NCBI GenBank assembly: GCA_965242745.1
Contig: CBDETG010000034.1
Coordinates: 17,090 to 81,089 of the forward strand
Reading direction: 5' to 3'
Origin: Leptonemataceae bacterium
GTDB lineage: Bacteria > Spirochaetota > Leptospiria > Leptospirales > Leptonemataceae
Length of the DNA stretch: 64,000 nt
Shown: positions 56,830-64,000 of the stretch, one piece after another
Layout of the letters: every line of letters begins with the position of its first letter
Numbering within the stretch: the stretch's first letter is position 1
The notes under the pieces: generated by a model
What the model saw: the letters and a program-made list of their open reading frames with translations, nothing else
Told to the model about the DNA's origin: nothing
Databases searched by the model: none
Translations under genes and position numbers: made by a program

Positions 56830-57516
56830 ATGATTCCTAAACGCAAAATATTCTTCTTTGCATTGCTGTGCTGTCTTGCCCCCCATTTCTTGGAGGCGCA
56901 GGACGGCCCAAAGGCGCAGGCAAAAGCAGAGAAAAATTCTCAAAGCTCTCAAGACAGCAGAGTAAAAAAAAGAGACTCCACTACTAGAAGTTTTTCCAAT
57001 TTGCAGTCTCCTTCCGCCGGGGAGAAAGACAAAAAGGCCCTCCGCAGGCCTCCTCTGCTTAGCTTCAAAAGCCATGTTGAAATAGGGCTCGGAGATGGAA
57101 GAAAAGTGCAGGGACAAATCATAATCAAGGCGCCGAAAACATGGCAGGTAGAACATGAGAAAGATGGCATCCTCTACCAAAAGACAATAGGGATGGGGGA
57201 CTTATCTCAAATTGTATTACACGCTTGGAAGAGTAATTTTATGAAGCGTAAAAAAACAGGCGAGGTATACCGCTTCGAGGTCTCACGCTACAAAATGTAT
57301 TTGAAGGATTCGCAGGTTTTAGTCTGTAAAAAAGCTCTGCCAGACTTTTTACAAGACTTCGTTTTAGTAAATGTTCATGGCAGGATCAATCTCTACAGCT
57401 ACTGGATTGACCTTTACAACAAAGAAGGATATTGGCACACAGGCATGCAAGGGCCTGTCCTGGAAGAAAGAGTTTTCTCTCATAAAGACGTAATCAAAAG
57501 CATCCGTTTCATGTAG
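56830..57516 (+). CDS. Hypothetical secreted protein
   Basis: Signal-like MIPKRKIFFFALLCCLAPHFLEA. No recognised domain. Confidence 0.55.
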   Translation: MIPKRKIFFFALLCCLAPHFLEAQDGPKAQAKAEKNSQSSQDSRVKKRDSTTRSFSNLQSPSAGEKDKKALRRPPLLSFKSHVEIGLGDGRKVQGQIIIKAPKTWQVEHEKDGILYQKTIGMGDLSQIVLHAWKSNFMKRKKTGEVYRFEVSRYKMYLKDSQVLVCKKALPDFLQDFVLVNVHGRINLYSYWIDLYNKEGYWHTGMQGPVLEERVFSHKDVIKSIRFM

Positions 57517-57703
57517 GAAAGGCAGCCTCTACTTCGCGCACGCTTCTTAGAGATCATCAAGCGCCCAAGGCCTGAGTATAAAACGCAAAGCGCAGGGAGG
57601 CAGGCCCGGTTACAGAGCGCTTTTTTTACGCTTCCTTGCTTTAGAAGGCCCTATATACAAGAACCCACTAAAAAGATTTAGCTTAGCCTTTGTCGAAGCA
57701 AAG

Positions 57704-57831
57704 GCATTTTTAGGGAGACCCTAAAAATGCTGAGGCAAGCTTTATGCTTGCCGAAGTGCAGATTGCATCGAGCAATCTGCCTGAGCCCATCTTTACGGCT
57801 AGCGAAGTGCAGATCACATCAAGTAATCTGC
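57704..57831. other. Cluster of four consecutive stem-loops in a convergent intergenic region
   Basis: GCATTTTTAGGG/CCCTAAAAATGC (57704-57730). GGCAAGC/GCTTGCC (57734-57752). GCAGATTGC/GCAATCTGC (57758-57780). GCAGATCAC/GTAATCTGC (57809-57831). The last two are each preceded by CGAAGT. Confidence 0.6.
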
Positions 57832-57832
57832 C

Positions 57833-59138
57833 TCAAAGCAAATAAGACTTATCAAAATCCCGCATAGCTTTTTTGATGGTCTCTAAGTCCGCCTTCACCC
57901 ATTCATGTCTGCTTTGCAATTCCGTATGTATGTGCTTTTCCATATCTCTAAAATTATGCGTTAGTACTTTGTATTCCAGTTTGTAGCCCCTGTTTGGATC
58001 GCTGGTCTGGTAGCTCGCTTGCTGAGCCTGCCTTTTTGTATGTCATGAGCTATGCCTACTTTGTATTCGTTCTTGTAGGCTTTTTGTTAGAAATCACATA
58101 GACGTATTTTTGCTCTATGTCTGTCTGCCTAAGGTCTGTTCTTTTAGGAGGTGTTGTGGAAAAGCGCAGGGCTTTCTTGTAGTCAAAAAGATCTTCTGGG
58201 TTTGCAACTTCTTTCTCTAGTCTCGTTTGCACAAGCTCATGGGCCTTTATAGAAATGTCTATGCCTACCCACTTGCGTCCCAGCTTTTCAGCTGCTATGC
58301 ACGTGGTAGCGCAGCCGCAAAAAGGGTCCAGCACAAGGTCGCCTTTCTTGCTGCTGGCTTGGATGATGCGCTCTAGTAAAGCGAGCGGCTTTTGCGTAGG
58401 GTAGCCCGTGCGTTCTTTATTTGTAGCCCCCCAAGAGATATCATTAAACACATCATGTTGAGGCACGCCTTTATTTTGTTTTTTGCGTTTCATATAATTA
58501 CCGTGCTCATCTTTTGATCTTACTAACTTATTATCTTTATTGCGAACTCTTAGAGTCTCTTCGATCCATTTTTCATCCGCGTATTTTTGAAACTGTATTC
58601 TATAAAAGTATGTATTATTTTTTGAGTAAAATAATACAACATCGTGATTTTTTTGGAAATGCTTGCTTACATTACTCCATTTTTTGTAATGCCAAACTAT
58701 CTCATTCCTAAAATTCTTTTCCCCAAAGACGCAGTCCAAAAGTATTTTGAGATAATGCGACATTGTGGGATCGCAGTGCAAATACAAGCTGCCAGTGTCT
58801 TTGAGTATCCGGTGGCATTCTATAAGCCGTATAGCCATGTAGACAAGATAACAGAAGTTGTATTTGTTGCCATAATCTCTGATGCCCATAAGGAAGCTGT
58901 AAAGCTCGTCTCTATCTTCTTTGATAGTCTTTAGCCATTCTTTTTTTAGATCTGCTTCTCTGAAATAATCCTTGAAGCTTGCGCCCTCCGCATGGCTTCC
59001 TATGGGCGCTGTAAAGACTTTCTTTTTATTGAAGGGCGGGTCTAAGTATATCAGGTCTACGCATTTGGAGTTTATGCCTTGCAATACGTCTATGTTGTCA
59101 CGGCAATAAATGGACCTGTTCTGTAAGTTGCTTTTCAT
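57833..59138 (-). CDS. Beta-class DNA methyltransferase fused to a GIY-YIG/T5orf172-like C-terminal domain; the domain is interrupted by two frameshifts
   Basis: MTase motifs DLIYLDPPF and GDLVLDPFCGCATTCIAA lie in the tracked ORF, which stops at 58056. YVYVISNK | KAYKNEYKVGIAHDIQK | RQAQQASYQTSDPNRGYKLEYKVLTHNFRDMEKHIHTELQSRHEWVKADLETIKKAM continues through +1 shifts at T5 runs 58081-58085 and 58033-58037. Confidence 0.7.
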
Positions 59139-59226
59139 TTGCCTGCATAAAACGAGGGCCGCCGAGTCTGGCCTGCGCCCGCATGTCTTATTATTACTAG
59201 GTCTAAGCGCCTGCAAGCTTTTCTAT

Positions 59227-60150
59227 TTATTTTAGTGGGCTCTTGTATATAGTTCCCGCTTTAGAAGGCGCTTCTTTTTTATTCATTTTCAAGGACCTTG
59301 TAAAAGCAAGACCGTAAAAGAGCAGGCTTAGAAAGATATTGTAAATATGCCAAGGATGCCTAAGGCTATGCCAAAGCCAATGCAGGCCCCGATTTTGGAC
59401 CCAATTAGGATATTTTTTACGCATACCAGCGAGAATTTCAAAAGTATCATCGATTCCTATCACCACAGATGAGGGAAAATACTGGATATTTTCCTTGAGC
59501 CATAACTCCTGCTCAGGGAAATTATAGGCTAAGAAAATAATATTAGGAGAAGACTTACGCAGAGATTCTTTTACTAAGGCTTCTCTTTTTTTACCAAAAT
59601 AACCTTCTTGACGTCCAATGATACGGACGCCGGGGAAGCTGCGCTGGAAATTAAAAAAGACTCGTTCCAGATATTCCTTTTTTGATCCAAGAAAATAAAC
59701 GCTCAAATCCTTATGAAGGGCCAAGCGCATTATATCCATAGTTAATGCGATTTTCGAAATACGTTCCTTCAAAGGCCTTCCCATAATACGCGCAGCCCAT
59801 AGCAAACCACTGCCCTCCGCCAAATTCAGCTGTGACTTTGCGGCTATGGGGCGAAGACGTGAGCTGAGTCTTGTTTTTAACAATTTTAGGGGATCCATGA
59901 AAAATACATGGAAGGCGCCTTTTTGCTGCTCTATTGCTTCAAGTATACATGCTGTAGCTTCATCTCTTGTAACATTATGTAAAGGGACGCCAAAAATCAG
60001 GACCCGCTTTATACTCTTCGTATTGATGCTCTTGTATATCAGAACATCATCTCTGTCATCTTTTATAGACGCGGCACTGTAGCTTTTCTTTTCTAGGTCT
60101 TGCATCCTTTTGCTCCTTCTTCTATTTCCATCATGCCAAAATATCAGCAA
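59227..60150 (-). CDS. WecB/TagA/CpsF family glycosyltransferase
   Basis: IFGVPLHNVTRDEA, DGSGLL-like AEGSGLLWAARIMG, and IIFLAYNFPEQELW. The start may be the internal MQDLEKK. Confidence 0.75.
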   Translation of the reverse strand: MLIFWHDGNRRRSKRMQDLEKKSYSAASIKDDRDDVLIYKSINTKSIKRVLIFGVPLHNVTRDEATACILEAIEQQKGAFHVFFMDPLKLLKTRLSSRLRPIAAKSQLNLAEGSGLLWAARIMGRPLKERISKIALTMDIMRLALHKDLSVYFLGSKKEYLERVFFNFQRSFPGVRIIGRQEGYFGKKREALVKESLRKSSPNIIFLAYNFPEQELWLKENIQYFPSSVVIGIDDTFEILAGMRKKYPNWVQNRGLHWLWHSLRHPWHIYNIFLSLLFYGLAFTRSLKMNKKEAPSKAGTIYKSPLK

Positions 60151-61414
60151 TACTTTTTTAGCGCTTCGGGAATGTCAAAGCTCATATCTTCACGCTGATA
60201 ATTTTCCATAATAGCGATCATCGTTCTGCCAGCTGCAAGGCCAGAGGCATTCAAAGTATGGACGAAGGCGCTTTTACTTCCCTTCTTGCTGCTTTTGAAA
60301 CGTATATTGCCTCTGCGCGCCTGATAATCATAGCAATTCGACACAGAAGAGATTTCCAGCCATCTCCTTAGGCCAGGCAGCCAAACTTCCAAGTCATAAG
60401 ACTTGGAAGCAGTTGCGCCTGTATCGCCTGCCGCCTTGAGTACGACTTGGTAAGGCAGCTCAAGACGCTTCAAGACCTCTTCTGCATGCCTAAGCATGTT
60501 TTCCTGCGTTTCTTCTGATCCCTCTGGCTGCGTAATTTGGACCAATTCTACTTTTTGAAACTGATGCACGCGTATTAAACCCCGCGTATCCCTCCCAGCA
60601 GCGCCCGCCTCTCTCCGAAAGCAGCTGCTGGCTCCTGCCAGGGCTATAGGCAGCTTTTTTTCTTCTATGATCTCATCACGATAAAGATTTACCAGCGGGA
60701 CTTCTGCCGTAGGGATGAGACTAAGGCTGTCTTTTTCCAAACTGTAGTATTCCCCGCGAAATTTTGGGAACTGCCCTGTCGTATACATGGCCTCATCATT
60801 GACCAACATAGGCACAAACACTTCTTGGTAGTGGAATTCTCGGGTGTGCAAATCCAGCATATAATGCAAAAGCACTCTTTCCAAACGCGCCAAAGCGCCC
60901 CAATAGGTATAAAAACGAGCGCCGGCAAGCTTGACTCCACGCTCAAAATTAAGCAGGCCTTGTTTTTCTCCCAAGTCGTAATGGCTTTGAGCCGGGAAAG
61001 GGAAGCTGGGTTTTTCCCCCCACTTGCGGATAATCTGCCTTGCCTCCTCACCGCCCTCAGGCACTTCGGGGGCTAGCCAGTTTGGCAGAGCAGATAAGAT
61101 TGAGTGGAGCTTTTGCTGGAGAAGAGCTTTTTTTTTTCCAGCCTTTGTATGTTTTGATTGATCGCTTGTACTTTCGCTCTGGAATCTTTGAGCTGTGAAT
61201 CTTCTTGTCTGGCTTCCTTTGCGGTAAAAAACCTGCCTATTTCTTTACTCAGCTGATTACGCTGAGCTTGGGCCTGCTGTATAGAGCTTGTCAAGGCTTT
61301 ATTTTCTGCAATAAGATTTTGCAGCGCTTTGCAGTCTAGAGCATCCCAGTTACGCTTCTTTAGCATTGCTTCGAGTCTTTGAGGCTCTTCTAAAATGATT
61401 TGTGGATCAAGCAT
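60144..61414 (-). CDS. serS: Seryl-tRNA synthetase, frame interrupted in an A10 run
   Basis: The N-terminal coiled-coil arm (MLDPQIILEEPQRLEAML...) is in ORF 61073-61429. The catalytic core is in ORF 60144-61064. The junction ...LEKKK|ALLQQKLHSILSALPNWLAPEVPEGGEE is restored by a +1 shift in T10 (plus strand 61128-61137). Confidence 0.85.
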
Positions 61415-61554
61415 AAGACTAGGGGGCAATAATCTAGAAAGGACGGAAAATGAAGCGCATGGGCTTAAGCCATGTTGCCATGTATCCTAAGGGAGCGCAA
61501 AAAACAAGCAAAAAAGAGTAGAAGCTTATAGGCAGCGCTGTTTTTTCTTGACTC

Positions 61555-61890
61555 TTGGCTGCCTTGCATGCTAGTATTGCAGTTAAAGCAAAAACAACAG
61601 CGCGCTGCAAGGAGCTCGGCGCTAGGGCTGTGAGCAAATACTATAAAGAGGGCGCTAAGGTGGCGATAGAATACTACAAAGACAGTAATGGAAAGAGGAG
61701 GAGCTTCTCCTTAGGAAAGCGCTTTCTACGAAAGCAAGGGCAAGATGAAGACAAGAACATTCTGCAGCGGTTACGCCGTCAAAAAATACGCCTCCCCCGC
61801 CCTCGCTGTTTCAAAAGGGACGGTAAAACTAAAGCAACGTGCGCGAAAAAAAGTGCGACTGTACAAGCGAAAGCGACCCTTAACTTATAG
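61555..61890 (+). pseudogene. Possible degenerate fragment of a YwqK/MORN-like repeat gene
   Basis: KYYKEGAKVAIEYYKDSNGKRRS in one frame and AFYESKGKMKTRTF in another resemble the YYESNGNRKT repeats of 51992-53737. Confidence 0.25.
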
Positions 61891-61925
61891 CCTGCCTTCA
61901 CAAGGCGGGCCATCTTATTGATTAT

Positions 61926-62369
61926 ATGAGAACATCAGCATCTGCAAAAACTAGGACGCAAGGTCCCACAGAAAAGGAAGCGCCTGGCTTTTTCTTAGAG
62001 TATTTACATAAAGACCTGCTTTCTAAGCTGGACGGCGTAGACCGTAAAATAGACAACTTAGATGGCAAAGTAGACAAGAAAATAGATAACTTAGATAGCA
62101 AAGCAGACAAGAAAATAGATAACTTAGCAGGCAGAGTAGAAAGCAGGATAGAGAAGCAGACAAGGCTTATGCTCTGGATTATGGGAGCTGGCTTTACGGG
62201 CTTGCTTGGTCTCATGACTTACTTACACAGCGACACAAAGCAAGATATACAGAGACTAGACTCCCGTATAGACAAGCTGGAGTCTGGCATAAGCGAAAAT
62301 AGAAAACTGCTTATCCAGCTTATACAAACACAAGCCAAGACAGGTGAAGGCAACACAAGCCGGAGGTAG
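61926..62369 (+). CDS. Bdr/DUF1640-like coiled-coil membrane protein (KID 11-aa repeats)
   Basis: GFFLEYLHKD, VDRKIDNLDGKVDKKIDNLDSKADKKIDNLAGRVE, TM segment LWIMGAGFTGLLGLMTYL, and HSDTKQDIQRLDSRIDKLES. Confidence 0.75.
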   Translation: MRTSASAKTRTQGPTEKEAPGFFLEYLHKDLLSKLDGVDRKIDNLDGKVDKKIDNLDSKADKKIDNLAGRVESRIEKQTRLMLWIMGAGFTGLLGLMTYLHSDTKQDIQRLDSRIDKLESGISENRKLLIQLIQTQAKTGEGNTSRR

Positions 62370-62427
62370 CTTGCTTATAGCCTGCCTTCACAAGGCTTGG
62401 GCAGGCAGACGCCGTCTTATTGATTAT

Positions 62428-62862
62428 ATGAGAACATCAGCATCTGCAAAAACTAGGACGCAAGGTCCCACAGAAAAGGAAGCGCCTGGCTTTTTCTTAG
62501 AGTATTTACATAAAGACCTGCTTTCTAAGCTGGACGGCGTAGACCGTAAAATAGACAACTTAGATGGCAAAGTAGACAAGAAAATAGATAACTTAGATAG
62601 CAAAGCAGACAAGAAAATAGATAACTTAGCAGGCAGAGTAGAAAGCAGGATAGAGAAGCAGACAAGGCTTATGCTCTGGATTATGGGAGCTGGCTTTACG
62701 GGCTTGCTTGGTCTCATGACTTACTTACACAGCGACACAAAGCAAGATATACAGAGACTAGACTCCCGTATAGACAAGCTGGAGTCTGGCATAAGCGAAA
62801 ATAGAAAGCTGCTTATGCAGCTCTTGCAAAAACAAAGACCTCTGCCTGCGCAAGACAGGTAG
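62428..62862 (+). CDS. Bdr/DUF1640-like coiled-coil membrane protein, tandem duplicate
   Basis: Nucleotide-identical to 61926-62300 over ~375 bp and divergent only in the last ~20 codons. Confidence 0.75.
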   Translation: MRTSASAKTRTQGPTEKEAPGFFLEYLHKDLLSKLDGVDRKIDNLDGKVDKKIDNLDSKADKKIDNLAGRVESRIEKQTRLMLWIMGAGFTGLLGLMTYLHSDTKQDIQRLDSRIDKLESGISENRKLLMQLLQKQRPLPAQDR

Positions 62863-62954
62863 GGATAAGCCGCAGCTAAGAGGCTAGCAAGGCGGGAAAT
62901 GCGGCTTAGCGCAGGTAAAGTATATAGTTCCCCAAAAACAGGGGCAGCGTCGTA

Positions 62955-64000
62955 TTATTGCTGCCCCAGAATTGCAGCAATAATATGGCATACCCTTTGT
63001 ATCTCTTTTTTGGCTAGATGGCTGGCTGAGGGGAGATAAAGGCCGTGAAAAGTCAAGTTGTCTGTACAGGGATAATGTTCTGCAGCCTCAGCAAGGAAAC
63101 TTAAGGATTTCTGACGATGCATTCCTGTAAATAATCTGCGGGTATCAATGGCCTCATCTTGCAGCCTGCGCATAAGCTCATCGCGTCCAATTTGCAGACG
63201 CTTGGGGTCCAAGACCACAGCATTTACCCAGTGCACATGCAGCTTGTCTTTTAGCCCATCATTCTGAAAACTGAGTCCATCAATATGGCTCAGATACTTG
63301 CGATAAAGAGCAGCATTGCTGCGCCGCATCGAGCGGTATAGGTCTGCTTTCTCAGTTTGGGCTAATCCTATTGCAGCATGCAGGTTAGACATGCGGTAGT
63401 TAAAGCCTATGTCATCATGACGGTAGTCTCGAGCAGTATGCAAAGGGAAGCAAAGGTCCTTGTAATAACGCAGGCGCTCAGATAATACCTTGTCGTTGGT
63501 AAGACAGATGCCCCCCTCGCCTGCTGTAAGATTCTTATTAGCAAAGAAACTAAAACATGAAATATCAGAAAAAGACCCTACTTTCCTGCCTTTGTACTCT
63601 GCGCCATGAGCCTGGGCAGCATCCTCCACGACATACAACTTATACTTAGAAGCAAGCTCCAAAATATCATCCATATCGCAGGGGAGCCCCATAATGTGTA
63701 CGGGCAAAATGGCCTTAGTATGTTTCGTAATCTTTGCTTCTATTTTCGCAGGCTCTATATTCCAACTCAGCGGATTGACATCAACAAAAACCGGCCTGGC
63801 TCCCGTATAATGCACGGCAAAGGCCGTAGAGATCATGCTGAAGGCGGGGATAATAACCTCATCTCCCTTTCCTATTTCAAGAGTATGCAGAGCAAGGTGT
63901 AATGCTGCAGTCCCATTGCAAACAGCTACCCCATAATCCAGGCCGCAGTAGGCGGCAAAACTCTGTTCAAAGCGCTCTACAAAAGTCCCAGCAGCAGAAA
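62955..64000 (-). CDS. DegT/DnrJ/EryC1/StrS family sugar aminotransferase, 5' end outside the window
   Basis: The frame stays open to nt 64000 (..FAAYCGLDYGVAVCNGTAALHLAL...GDEVIIPAFS). VEDAAQAHGA and SFFANKNLTAGEGG (PLP-Lys region). Confidence 0.85.
   Translation of the reverse strand, partial: SAAGTFVERFEQSFAAYCGLDYGVAVCNGTAALHLALHTLEIGKGDEVIIPAFSMISTAFAVHYTGARPVFVDVNPLSWNIEPAKIEAKITKHTKAILPVHIMGLPCDMDDILELASKYKLYVVEDAAQAHGAEYKGRKVGSFSDISCFSFFANKNLTAGEGGICLTNDKVLSERLRYYKDLCFPLHTARDYRHDDIGFNYRMSNLHAAIGLAQTEKADLYRSMRRSNAALYRKYLSHIDGLSFQNDGLKDKLHVHWVNAVVLDPKRLQIGRDELMRRLQDEAIDTRRLFTGMHRQKSLSFLAEAAEHYPCTDNLTFHGLYLPSASHLAKKEIQRVCHIIAAILGQQ

Overview
Bacterial chromosomal segment of intermediate GC by eye; I cannot assign a taxon. 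Housekeeping genes are well supported: adk, secY, proB, obg, pyrE, thyA, aspS, thrH, ilvE, pyrG, glpK, priA, serS, tRNA-Val(GAC), tRNA-Thr(GGT) and several metabolic enzymes. Accessory and repeat-rich DNA is interleaved with them. (1) The left edge carries the 3' part of a strikingly GC-rich surface-protein gene (TSP3 + GLUG + cadherin-like). (2) An AT-rich islet directly upstream of secY encodes a 2-TM SLATT-like protein. (3) thyA carries an in-frame array of about 15.6 copies of a 66-bp repeat in its 5' end. (4) A defence-type island spans about 22.0-35.5 kb. It holds two mosaic paralogous type IIG restriction-modification fusion genes, and each is followed by a small toxin-like module: BrnT/BrnA + DUF5131, an unknown 256-aa protein + PIN, and ImmA-like peptidase + DUF4411. 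The module junctions are marked by copies of the last ~18 nt of the RM gene, a 155-bp direct repeat and a GC-rich dispersed repeat family. The essential aspS gene sits between the two RM paralogs. This RM-plus-swappable-module architecture is my best candidate for something undescribed. (5) There are two further stand-alone DNA methyltransferases. One lies next to an IS4-type transposase remnant. The other is fused to a GIY-YIG/T5orf172-like domain. (6) Six copies (one degenerate) of a Bdr/DUF1640-like coiled-coil membrane protein family occur in two clusters, with 42-bp and 33-bp coding repeats, a tandem duplication identical over about 375 bp, and associated palindromic elements. (7) A lipoprotein carries 26-aa repeats. 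At least five genes, including the essential obg and serS, are interrupted. In four of them every inferred shift is at or next to a homopolymer run, which suggests sequencing indels or slippage-prone tracts. All function calls rest on motif recognition by eye; no searches were run.
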